Shown in pieces: positions 52,703 through 61,766 of a DNA stretch of 64,000 bases; the stretch's first letter is position 1; every line of letters starts with the position of its first letter. Source of the stretch: an uncultured delta proteobacterium. GTDB taxonomy: Bacteria > Desulfobacterota > WTBG01 > CAIYCZ01 > CAIRTM01. The translations under genes were made by a program, and so were the position numbers. The notes under the pieces were generated by a model that was not told where the DNA came from, searched no databases, and saw only the letters and a program-made list of their open reading frames with translations. The DNA is taken from contig CAWDSQ010000007.1 in assembly GCA_963804955.1 (NCBI GenBank), forward strand, positions 480,001-544,000, in the 5' to 3' direction.

Positions 52703-52876
52703 GCTGTTCCTCCCTCTGCTTAAAAGCGTTTTTCATTGTTTGTTTATATGCTTCTCCCGCAAGGTCGTTTAACTGGGGCAATACTACAGAACCCTTTTTA
52801 TTTAATCAAGAAAAAAAAACCTGTTTCTTCCAAAAAAAAACATTTTTCAACCAATAAAAAGGGGGTGTTTTATCTG

Positions 52877-52906
52877 TTGACACGGCAGAGCACTTATACG
52901 TATTGT
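52877..52906 (+). promoter_or_regulatory. Putative sigma70 promoter of hydG
   Basis: TTGACA-N18-TATTGT about 200 bp upstream of the ATG. Confidence 0.45.
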
Positions 52907-53101
52907 TAATATGGCTTGCAGCAGCCAACAGAAAAGCTGTTTGCGACAGACAGCATAAACAACAGGCATGCTCACCGCATGCTGCGTCAGCTACACCTGA
53001 AGCTTCGGTCAAACATGTCAGGCCGCCTGAGCCGGACTCTGCCGGCGCTGTCGAGGGCGAAGGCGTGAGCTTCGGCGACTGAAAAGAAACGGAACTAAAG
53101 T

Positions 53102-54494
53102 ATGATTATCGACGACACCAGCATCGCTGCGCAGCTTAAGCGCAGCGGCAACACTAACACTAACGACGCCCCCCGTGCGCGGGAAATTTTCACCAAAGCG
53201 CGCGAGCTTCATGGCATCAGCCAGACAGAGGCGCTTGCGCTGCTGCAGCTGACTGAACCTGAACTCCTGCATGAACTCTTTGAAACCGCCCGGTTTGTTA
53301 AAAATGAAATCTACGGCAACCGCCTGGTGCTGTTCGCCCCGCTCTATATTTCGAATCTCTGCGGCAATGAGTGCCTGTACTGCGCCTTCCGCCGCTCAAA
53401 CAAAGAGATCGTGCGCAAGGCTCTTTCGCAGGAAGAGATCGCCAGGGAGACGGAAGTGCTGCTCGCGCAGGGCCATAAGCGGGTACTCATGGTGGCGGGC
53501 GAAGCATACCCGAAAGAGGGGCTTGAATATATCTTTCGCTCCATTGAAACCATCTACAGTGTTTCAGTGCCCAGGGGTGCCGTGCGCCGCGTCAATGTCA
53601 ATATTGCACCCCTCACGGTTGATGAATTCCGGGAACTCGGCAAGCACCGCATCGGCACCTATCAGCTGTTCCAGGAAACCTACCACCGCCCAACCTATGC
53701 AAAGCTGCATACCGGCGGGCTTAAAGCTAATTATGATTACCGGCTTGAGGCAATGGATCGCGCTTTCCAGGGCGGGCTAAAAGACCTGGGCATCGGCCTG
53801 CTGTTCGGGCTGCATGACTGGCGCTATGAAATACTGGCCCTGCTGCAGCACATAGCGCATCTTGGAAAAAAATTTCGGCGTCGGCCCGCACACTATCTCC
53901 GTGCCGCGGCTTGAGCCCGCCGTGGGATCGGATGTAAGCACCCACCCGCCCTATCCCGTCACGGATGACGACTTTCGCAAAATCATCGCCGTGCTGCGCA
54001 TCGCAGTGCCCTATACGGGCATCATCCTGAGCACGCGCGAATCGGCAGCCATGCGGCGCGAGGCATTCGAGCTGGGGGTTTCCCAGATTTCCGCGGGCTC
54101 GCGCACGAACCCGGGCGGCTACAGCGAAAGCGCCCATGAAACCGGCGAGCAGTTTTCACTGGGCGATACGCGGCCCCTCATGTCCGTCATACATGACATT
54201 ATCGAGCACAACCATATTCCGTCGTTCTGCACCGGCTGCTACCGCCTGGGCCGGGTGGGCAAAGATTTTATGGACATGGCCAAGCCGGGCCTTATCAAGC
54301 AGCACTGCCTGCCCAATGCCATCTTCACCTTTGCAGAATACCTGCATGATTTTGCCGACGCAGAATTAAAAGAAAAAGGCTTTGCTCTTATCGATCAGAT
54401 GCTCAGCAGTGAAATCGGCGCCGGCAAGCTTAAAAAAACCACCCTCAAAAACCTTGAGCGGATTGCTTCTGGCGAACGCGACCTTTATCTGTAA
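53102..54494 (+). CDS. hydG: [FeFe]-hydrogenase maturase HydG (frameshift in the A run near 53866-53872)
   Basis: FAPLYISNLCGNECLYC, RRVNVN, FQETYH, GPHTISVPR; C-terminal CTGC-x22-C motif that ThiH lacks. Confidence 0.9.
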
Positions 54495-54499
54495 AGGCT

Positions 54500-54677
54500 G
54501 TTGGATTGGTTACATTGGTTGAAAAAAGGTTGTATTAGTTAGATTAATTAGATTGGTTTTATTGGCTGCTTTTTTAACGAATCAAACTAACTGAACCAAC
54601 TGAACCAATTGAACCAATTGAACCAATTGAACCAACTGAACTAATTGAACCAACTGAACTAATTTAACCAATTAAAC
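54500..54677. repeat. 9-mer array copy C: TTGGTT-type arm followed by an inverted (GAACCAATT)n arm
   Basis: About 10 units of GAACCAAYT/GAACTAATT opposed to an ATTGGTT arm. Confidence 0.9.
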
Positions 54678-54687
54678 ATTTTTTTAC

Positions 54688-55737
54688 ATGATTACCGACG
54701 AAACTTCATTCTTTGACGCCCCGCTTTCCCGCAGCGAGATCGTGCAGTTTTTAAAAGAAGACGATCTTTCGACTCTGGCAAAACTCTATACCACTGCCGA
54801 CGATGTGCGCGCCCTGTGCGTGGGCGAAGATATACACGTGCGCGCCCTCATCAACTTTTCAAATTACTGCCGACGAAACTGCCTGTACTGCGGCCTGCGC
54901 CAGGGCAATGCCGATCTGGCGCGCTTCCGCATGTCTGAGCAGGAAATCATCTCTGCCGCTGTTAAAGCTTCTGAAAAAGGCTACCGTACCGTTGTGCTTC
55001 AGTCCGGCGAAGACCCCTGGTATACGGAAGAAACCATGTGCCGCATTATCGACGGCATCAAAGAAGCCTGCGATATGGCCATAACCCTGTCGGTGGGGGA
55101 GCATCCGTACAAAACTCTCAAAGCCTGGTTTAACGAGGGCGCCGACCGGTATCTGCTGAAGCATGAGACAAGCGATCCTGACCTGTATGAGCAGCTGCAT
55201 CCTGACCTGCGGTTTGAAGACCGCATCGACACGCTGCGCAATCTCAAGGAAATCGGGTACCAGACCGGCTCCGGCATTATGGTCGGCATACCGGGCCAGA
55301 CCTATGAATCGGTGGCCGAGGACATCCTGCTGTTCAAGGAACTGGATATCGACATGATCGGCTGCGGGCCCTATATTCACAATCCCAAAACGCCGCTTGC
55401 AACAATGACGCCCGACGCCGGCAGATACATCCAGCCCGAGCCGGAATATGTCTACAAGGTGGTGGCTTTGTCGCGCATCATCACCCGCGATACGCTCATT
55501 CCCGCAACCACGGCGCTCTCGGTGCTGAATCCCGACCTGGGCGTCCTTTCGGCCATCAGCGCAGGCGCTAATGTCGTTATGATCAATGAAACGCCCGAGG
55601 CCTACCGGCGTCTGTATGAAATCTATCCCAAGGGCGAAAATGCCGTCACCATTCTGTCTCCCGAGAGCCCCTTTGCCACCATCGAGCGCATGACCGGTCG
55701 CCCCGTGTCCCGCGATTACGGCCACCGGCATTTGTAA
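54688..55737 (+). CDS. hydE: [FeFe]-hydrogenase maturase HydE (radical SAM)
   Basis: CRRNCLYC, VLQSGE, LLKHET, GSGIMVG, PATTAL, YEIYP. Confidence 0.85.
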   Translation: MITDETSFFDAPLSRSEIVQFLKEDDLSTLAKLYTTADDVRALCVGEDIHVRALINFSNYCRRNCLYCGLRQGNADLARFRMSEQEIISAAVKASEKGYRTVVLQSGEDPWYTEETMCRIIDGIKEACDMAITLSVGEHPYKTLKAWFNEGADRYLLKHETSDPDLYEQLHPDLRFEDRIDTLRNLKEIGYQTGSGIMVGIPGQTYESVAEDILLFKELDIDMIGCGPYIHNPKTPLATMTPDAGRYIQPEPEYVYKVVALSRIITRDTLIPATTALSVLNPDLGVLSAISAGANVVMINETPEAYRRLYEIYPKGENAVTILSPESPFATIERMTGRPVSRDYGHRHL

Positions 55738-55914
55738 TGTGGTTTATGTGCCGGGCTGAATCATGCTGTCCGGCCGGCTTTGGGGGCCTTTTGTCATGTC
55801 ACGCAGAACATGATCAAGTGCAGAATTCTTTCGAAAAAAATTAAAGTTTTTCGGTGGGCAGTAAACTCGCTGTTTCTTGTTTTCTGGCGGTCTGGGAAAC
55901 AATTGAAGACAGCT

Positions 55915-55956
55915 GTGCGCTGCGCTCCACCACGCCAGTAACCTTTAGCGTTACCC
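55915..55956 (+). other. Right half of an attC site
   Basis: GCGCTGCGCTCCACCACGCCAGTAACCTTTAGC-GTTACCC; core GTTACCC is complementary to GGGTAAC at the end of cassette 1. Confidence 0.7.
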
Positions 55957-55983
55957 GGAAAATAAACAATGCGCAACTAATGA

Positions 55984-56012
55984 TTGCATTATGTTGCATT
56001 ATGTTATATAAT
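55984..56012 (+). promoter_or_regulatory. Cassette-internal sigma70 promoter with direct-repeat operator
   Basis: TTGCAT-N17-TATAAT; TTGCATTATG occurs twice. Confidence 0.75.
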
Positions 56013-56041
56013 GTACACATAAACAATTTGGAGGAAAAACC

Positions 56042-56260
56042 ATGGCGACAGCAGTTAGAATATCAGAAAAACTTGTTGATGAGGCAAAGAGATTTAGCCG
56101 GATCGACCATCGATCTTTAGCTGGTCAGATTGAGCATTGGGCGCGTATGGGAAAATGCGCTGAGGAGAATCCCGACTTATCATATTCCTTCATTAAAGAA
56201 ATCTTGATCGGACTTGATGAATTAGATCAGGGCGAAAAAACGGAATACAAGTTTGGATAG
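56042..56260 (+). CDS. ParD-like antitoxin (cassette 1)
   Basis: AVRISEKLV..HRSLAGQIEHWARMG. Confidence 0.85.
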   Translation: MATAVRISEKLVDEAKRFSRIDHRSLAGQIEHWARMGKCAEENPDLSYSFIKEILIGLDELDQGEKTEYKFG

Positions 56261-56266
56261 GTTACC

Positions 56267-56548
56267 ATGAAAATCTACCAATCAAGATTATTCGAGAAAA
56301 AAATAAAGAAGATGTCTAAGGCAGAAAAGGAATCTTTAGATCGCGAAGTTAGAAATATTGCTGAAAACCCACATATTGGTGAAGAAAAGAAGGGAGATTT
56401 GAAGGGTGTTTTTGTGCATAAATTCAAGCTCAAGACGAATTTATACTTGCTGGCATATAGGAAAACAGGTTCAGATTTAGAACTGATCATGATTGGAGCT
56501 CATGAAAATTACTATCGTGATCTGAAGAGTTACTTAAAAAGCAGATAA
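56267..56548 (+). CDS. RelE/ParE toxin (cassette 1)
   Basis: GEEKKGDLKGVFVHKFK..LLAY..GAHENYYRDLK. Confidence 0.88.
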   Translation: MKIYQSRLFEKKIKKMSKAEKESLDREVRNIAENPHIGEEKKGDLKGVFVHKFKLKTNLYLLAYRKTGSDLELIMIGAHENYYRDLKSYLKSR

Positions 56549-56551
56549 AGG

Positions 56552-56609
56552 GGGTAACGAATCACTGCAGCCGACCGCTTCCAGCGGCGGCTGACTTTTA
56601 GCGTTATGC
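56552..56609 (+). other. Complete integron attC site (58 bp)
   Basis: GGGTAAC GAATC ACTGCAGCCG ACCGCT TCC AGCGG CGGCTG ACTTTTAGC GTTATGC. Confidence 0.9.
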
Positions 56610-56621
56610 CTCTACAAAACC

Positions 56622-56653
56622 TTGACTTATTAAATATAATAAGTTATTAAAAT
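56622..56653 (+). promoter_or_regulatory. higBA promoter/operator
   Basis: TTGACT -35 box; palindrome ACTTATTA-AATA-TAATAAGT; no RBS before ATG 56659 (probably leaderless). Confidence 0.6.
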
Positions 56654-56658
56654 TAATT

Positions 56659-56931
56659 ATGTGGCGCATACAGGAACATCGAAGCCTGGATAAGATAATT
56701 GAGAAACTGCCTTTACAAGTCGTTAAAAAATACGAACTCTGGAAAGACATTGTTTTTCGGCATGGGCCGGAAAAATTACGCGAATTTTCCGGATTTCATG
56801 ACGAAAAACTAAGAGGAGAGCTGGAAGGACAACGATCTTCACGGCTTAATATTCAATACCGGATCATTTATTCCGTCGAAAAAGATATTATTACAGTTTA
56901 TGTGATTGATATTACGCCGCATAAATATTAA
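56659..56931 (+). CDS. higB: HigB/RelE-type mRNA interferase toxin (cassette 2)
   Basis: GFHDEKLRGELEGQRSSRLNIQYRIIY. Confidence 0.85.
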   Translation: MWRIQEHRSLDKIIEKLPLQVVKKYELWKDIVFRHGPEKLREFSGFHDEKLRGELEGQRSSRLNIQYRIIYSVEKDIITVYVIDITPHKY

Positions 56932-56942
56932 GGAGATAAAAC

Positions 56943-57218
56943 ATGGGTGCTAATAAATCAAATTTCAAGCCAGCAAAACAGCATGCGACCTTAACCACCG
57001 GCGAGGTAATAAAAATGCTGCGTGAATTAAAAGGGTGGACTCAGGAGGAATTATCAAAATATTGCTCTATCAATGCAAAAAATATCAGCATGCTTGAAAA
57101 CGATAAACTGGAAATTGGAAAAAAAAGAACGGAGCAGCTTGCTAAAGCATTTAATGTACATCCCGCAATAATTATGTTTCCAGAGTACGAAGCAATAGAA
57201 ATTCATAGAGCGGCATAA
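56943..57218 (+). CDS. higA: HigA-type XRE HTH antitoxin (cassette 2)
   Basis: LRELKGWTQEELS...ISMLEN, downstream of the toxin. Confidence 0.82.
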   Translation: MGANKSNFKPAKQHATLTTGEVIKMLRELKGWTQEELSKYCSINAKNISMLENDKLEIGKKRTEQLAKAFNVHPAIIMFPEYEAIEIHRAA

Positions 57219-57253
57219 CCTGGCGCTGCACTGGGCGCGGTTCCGCTTCGCTC
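57213..57253 (+). other. Left half of an attC site (truncated)
   Basis: GCATAAC CTGGCGCTGCACTGG GCGCGGTTCCGCTTCGCTC, then unrelated sequence; GCATAAC is complementary to GTTATGC. Confidence 0.75.
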
Positions 57254-57406
57254 AGATACCTTCATAGTATCTACGAACTATATGGCAAATTAAATTGACA
57301 AGATTATAAAAACTTGGAATAAGAGCATTAGGCAAGGGCTGAAAATTACAGAGCTCTCTATATTAGGGGTTCAGTCACATTCAAAAGAACCTACTGGAAA
57401 ATAAAA

Positions 57407-57949
57407 ATGCGCAAAAAATTGTTTACGTTGTTGGGGATTGTATTGTGCATATATATCCTCTGGTGGTTTGACCTGTACACAGGGTGCGAATATAGTTTTT
57501 TTATATTTTATTTTATTCCTGTGAGCATTACAGCCTGGTTTTTTGGATTTAACCTATCAATAATTTGTTCAATATTGTGTGTATATGTTTGGTTTTTTGC
57601 CGACGATGTTTCCGGGCAACAATATTCTTCAAATACGGTTGCTGTATGGAATACATTAATTCGCCTTATTTCTTTTTTGATAATTGGTTGGAGTATGGCG
57701 AAAATACATATTTTGCTGCAATCCGAAAAAATAAAAACAGAGAATTTGCAAAAAGCGTTATCTGACATAAAAACACTTGAAAGATTTCTTTCCATTTGTT
57801 GTGTCTGCAAGAAGATTCGCAATGAAGACGGAAAATGGCAGGACATTGAGTTTTACATTGCAAACCATTCCGAAACCAAATTTGAGCACGGTTTTTGTCC
57901 CGAATGCGCCAAAAAAGCTATTGAAGAGTCTGGATTAATAAAAACATAA
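57407..57949 (+). CDS. Low-GC membrane sensor (DUF4118-like) with C-terminal Cys/His domain
   Basis: TM helices (FFIFYFIPV, WNTLIRL); ICCVCKKIR...HGFCPEC. Confidence 0.75.
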   Translation: MRKKLFTLLGIVLCIYILWWFDLYTGCEYSFFIFYFIPVSITAWFFGFNLSIICSILCVYVWFFADDVSGQQYSSNTVAVWNTLIRLISFLIIGWSMAKIHILLQSEKIKTENLQKALSDIKTLERFLSICCVCKKIRNEDGKWQDIEFYIANHSETKFEHGFCPECAKKAIEESGLIKT

Positions 57950-58017
57950 CCGAACAATCTGGGCAATCTGACTGCGACGAGCCCGGCGGCGCTGCGCAGT
58001 CAGGGTTATTGTTCGCC
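57949..58017 (+). other. attC-like hairpin
   Basis: CGAACAAT..CTGACTGCG..CGCAGTCAG..ATTGTTCG immediately after the stop codon. Confidence 0.55.
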
Positions 58018-58063
58018 GGATATCGTCCGCAGAACGAGTTCAATCCAACCTGCCAACCAGCAT

Positions 58064-58486
58064 ATGAATGCACCGCTGCTAAAAAGGAACCGGCTGTGGT
58101 ATGCCGTGGCCATACTTGTTGTCATCCTTGCCGGACTGGCCTCAAGGCGCTATCCATGGCTCTTGCCTGAGTTCATGGGCAAATACCCCGGCGATGCTCT
58201 GTGGGCATTGATGGTTTTTCTAAGCTGGGGCATTGTCTTCCCCGGCATCTCAACCCGAAGGATTGCCATGTATGCCCTGGCAACAAGCTTTGTTGATGAG
58301 TTCAGCCAGCTCTACCAGGCTCCCTGGATAGACAGTTACCGAAGCACGTTTCTGGGGCACATCATTCTGGGCAGCGGGTTCATGTGGTTTGACTTTGCGG
58401 CATACGCAATCGGCATCCTTCTTGGCGTGCTTGGTGAGAGCGTGCTGAGTTCAGGCATCCTCGACCGCCGTATCTCCAGCGATTAG
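58064..58486 (+). CDS. DUF2809 family membrane protein
   Basis: GLASR, YPGDALWALM, EFSQLYQAPWID..R.T.LG..LGSGF.W.D. Confidence 0.85.
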   Translation: MNAPLLKRNRLWYAVAILVVILAGLASRRYPWLLPEFMGKYPGDALWALMVFLSWGIVFPGISTRRIAMYALATSFVDEFSQLYQAPWIDSYRSTFLGHIILGSGFMWFDFAAYAIGILLGVLGESVLSSGILDRRISSD

Positions 58487-58565
58487 AGCATTTTTCTCCT
58501 TGCTCTAGCTCCAACAACAGAGCACACAAAAAGCCCGACAGCTCCTCTTTCTCGTCATGCCGGCG

Positions 58566-58702
58566 TATTAGTTAAATTAGTTTCATTGGTTTCATTGGTT
58601 TGATTCATTAAAAAAGCAGCCAATAAAACAAACTAATTAATCTAACTAATACAACCTTTTTTCAACCAATCCAACCAATTGAACCAACCGAACCAATCAA
58701 CC
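58566..58702. repeat. 9-mer array copy D, inverted near-identical copy of C
   Basis: 58595-58670 is the reverse complement of 54514-54590 with about 4 differences. Confidence 0.9.
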
Positions 58703-58708
58703 CGCCTC

Positions 58709-60019
58709 TCACCCCCACTGCTTCCGGTTATCAACCACCCGCACAGCCTTGCCTTCGCTCTGGGGCAGCGTGCCTGGCTCCACGAGCTCGACCTCGGGCG
58801 TTACCAGAAGCTCGGAGCGCAGATTTTCAGTAATGGTCTTGCGCAGCACCTGCAGCTCCTTCAGATCGCCGTGAAACATCTCGGCCTGCACCTCAACCTT
58901 GACGATCATATGGTCGTTAAAATCCTTGTGGTCCAGCTGAATCAGGTAATTGGAGCCCACCTGGGGTAGGGCCATAAGCGTTTTCTCGATCTGCACCGGA
59001 TACATGTTGACGCCCTTGACGATCAGCATATCATCCGTGCGGCCCTTGATGCGCGTCAGCCTGCGGTGCGTGCGGCCGCAGGGGCATGGTTCGGTTATAA
59101 CGGCGGCAATGTCCTTTGAGCGGTAGCGCAGCAGGGGCATGCCCTCGCGCTTGAGCGTTGTGAAAACAATTTCGCCATCCTCGCCCTCTTCCACCGGCTC
59201 GAGAGTTACGGGGTTTATAATCTCGATCAGGAAGTTATCTTCCCAGACATGCATGCCGTGCTTGTGCGTGCACTCGAAGGCCACGCCTGGCCCGTTCATC
59301 TCCGAAAGCCCGTAGGAGTTGAAGGCCTGCACGCCAAGGGCCGCCTCAACCCGCAGCCGCGTTTCATCGGAGTGCGGCTCTGCGCCCAGATAGGCTATGC
59401 GCAGCTTGAATTCGCGCTTCGGGTCGATGCCTGCCTCCTGCAGCGATTTGATGAAATGCAGCGCATAGCTCGGGATTATATGAATGACGCTGGTCTCGAA
59501 TTCGCGCATGAGCATGATCTGCCGCTTGGTATTGCCGGCTCCCACGGGAATGACCATGGCCCCGAGCTGCTCGGCGCCGTAGTGAAACCCGAGGCCGCCG
59601 GTGAACAGGCCGTAGCCGGTCATGTTCTGGAACACGTCGCTTTCCCGCACGCCGGTCATGTACATGCAGCGGGCGATGAGGCCCGACCATTCGCGGATGT
59701 CCTGCATGGTGTGAAAAATGACGGTCGGCTTGCCCGTGCTGCCGGAGGAGGAATGCATGCGCACGATTTTATCGCGCGGCACGGCCAGGAAGCCGTAGGG
59801 GTACTGGTCGCGCAGGTCATCTTTGGTGATAAAAGGAATGCGCCGAAGATCGTCGAGGCTTTTGATGCTAGCCGGCGCGATGCGCTCTTTTTTGAAAAGC
59901 TCCGCATAATAGGGCGCCTGCTGCGCCCGTTGGACCGTTGCCTGCAGCAGGCTCAGCTGCAGCTTTTCAAGAGAGCTCCTGTCCATAGTCTCGGTATGGG
60001 TGTCCCAGCACATGCTCAT
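58709..60019 (-). CDS. paaK: Phenylacetate-CoA ligase
   Basis: HSSSGSTGKP, YGLFTGGLG, GAEP, YGLSE, GRTDDM..GVN.YP, GKAVRV.D.R. Confidence 0.93.
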   Translation of the reverse strand: MSMCWDTHTETMDRSSLEKLQLSLLQATVQRAQQAPYYAELFKKERIAPASIKSLDDLRRIPFITKDDLRDQYPYGFLAVPRDKIVRMHSSSGSTGKPTVIFHTMQDIREWSGLIARCMYMTGVRESDVFQNMTGYGLFTGGLGFHYGAEQLGAMVIPVGAGNTKRQIMLMREFETSVIHIIPSYALHFIKSLQEAGIDPKREFKLRIAYLGAEPHSDETRLRVEAALGVQAFNSYGLSEMNGPGVAFECTHKHGMHVWEDNFLIEIINPVTLEPVEEGEDGEIVFTTLKREGMPLLRYRSKDIAAVITEPCPCGRTHRRLTRIKGRTDDMLIVKGVNMYPVQIEKTLMALPQVGSNYLIQLDHKDFNDHMIVKVEVQAEMFHGDLKELQVLRKTITENLRSELLVTPEVELVEPGTLPQSEGKAVRVVDNRKQWG

Positions 60020-60140
60020 ATCCTCACGGTAGATAGTTAAAAAGGTTAACAATAAAACAGCTTAATGGAAAAGTATAAAGGGCGGATGCAGGGGGTGTCA
60101 ATACAAATATCCCGCCAGGCTCATGTCAGCATGCGGAGTA

Positions 60141-61617
60141 TTAAGGGGGCCAATCCGAAAATGTGCAAAAACCCAGGTCCGACAGGGGCTTGCGGCTGAG
60201 CACCCAAAGATTGGTATTGACAAGCCTGCAGGCATTGTCAAGCCCTGCACGCGCGGCAATATCTTTTTTTCGGGTATCAGCCCAGGTGCGGGGCTGAAAG
60301 ACCATCGTATCAACGGCGTCTATGTCGGAGGCTGCAAAATCCAAGAAGTATTTCCACTGGCTTCCCGTAACAGCACCGGGCCTCAGAGACGCAACAGCAT
60401 CGTCTACAATAAATCTACCAAGATGTCCGCCGCTGGTGAATACCCTGTCAAGGGCAGCCTCCGTGGGAGCGCACCTGCCGATATACTGAAAAAGGAAACT
60501 ACGCCAGGGTGCAGAGTCATGATTGCCGCTGCTGAGTGGAAAAAGACCCAGTGAAAGAACGATAGCAACTATCTGCAGCAGAATATAGGCAGCGCAGCCC
60601 GAGCCGGTTATCTTTTGCCTGAGCGCCTGCGCAATTGCAGGCCATAGAAGCGGAATAACCGCTGGAAAGGCATAATAATCTGTCAAAGTGCCCGCTTCGT
60701 GCGCAACCGCAGTGAGAGAAACCGCAAGCCAGGGAAGACACGACACCGGACCTGCCGACAGGAGCATATCACGCCTGCAAGCGGCAATCAGGACAATGAC
60801 AGCCAGTGGCGCCACGACATACAGCCGGTTAACTGCTAAAAAACGCAGGCGCGTAAAAATGAATTCTGCGCCAAGATGGGAAAAAGCCGGATTGCTCAGA
60901 TAAATACGCTCCAGAGCATTATCACCGGCAGCAAAAAAAAGCTTCTGCACTGTCAAGGCACAGACTGAATAGACAAAGCAGGCCCCGGCTGCTGAAAAAA
61001 AACTCCCGTGCATGCTTCGGCATTGCCTGACAATACCGCAGGGAGCATCCGAGCAGAACAAATAAACAAAAATAATGCAGGCCTGCATCCTCCCGCATCA
61101 TAAGCCCGCAGGTAAGAGCCGCATAGGCTGCCACACCCCACCCTCGCACATGAAGAGCAAAAAAAAGCAGCAGTAACGCGGGAATGCCAATTTCAAAATG
61201 AGGGAACCCGACTATGGACAAAGATATGCCATTCAAGGCAGCAACCACGGCAAGGAATCCTATGGCAAGGCCTGTAACCCGTCGCGCAGCCGTGCTGTAC
61301 AGCAAACAAACGGAAAGCCCGATAAGGCCAAACCAGAAGCCCTGGGTGATGCTGAAAAACATGCTGCTCGTGAGAAAGGGCATGAGTGAATAAATGCCCG
61401 TTAAGAGATAAAAAATCGGGGAAAAATGCGTAGAGAAATACGTGCCGCCGATAGCAGGCGGATTTGCCGGGGGACACATAACGCTATGAGTAGACAGGTA
61501 CGCAAACCAGCCGCTGTCCATCATATACCCGCCATGCACATAGAAATGATTCAGGGTATAATTGGCAGTCAGCAATGCCGGCACAGCAAAGCACAGTACT
61601 GCAACCACAGCCGTCAT
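60141..61617 (-). CDS. GT-C-like membrane protein (DUF2079-like; frameshift in the overlap near 60990-61050)
   Basis: DSGWF, HFSPI, PHFE, REDAG; many TM helices; next to waaA and msbA. Confidence 0.55.
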
Positions 61618-61766
61618 ATATCTCCGGGATATCTAAAATTTTTTAAACCGGGTTCAGGCTTCTATCGTATCCCTCCGGAGAGACATTCCGGTTTGCTCTG
61701 ATCGCAAGGCATACTGGCGTCCTGTATGCCGGAATAAAATAACCAAGCATACATATCCACGTATGG

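Noticed and set aside
52910..53100. Possible riboswitch in the hydG leader
   Set aside because: Several short hairpins, but no recognisable TPP, SAM, cobalamin or c-di-GMP consensus; parts resemble decayed REPs
53102..54494. ThiH assignment or programmed frameshift
   Set aside because: The C-terminal CxxC-x22-C motif and adjacent hydE favour HydG; the shift is in a homopolymer like many others in this assembly
54500..54677. Possible CRISPR array
   Set aside because: Contiguous 9-bp units with no unique spacers and no cas genes
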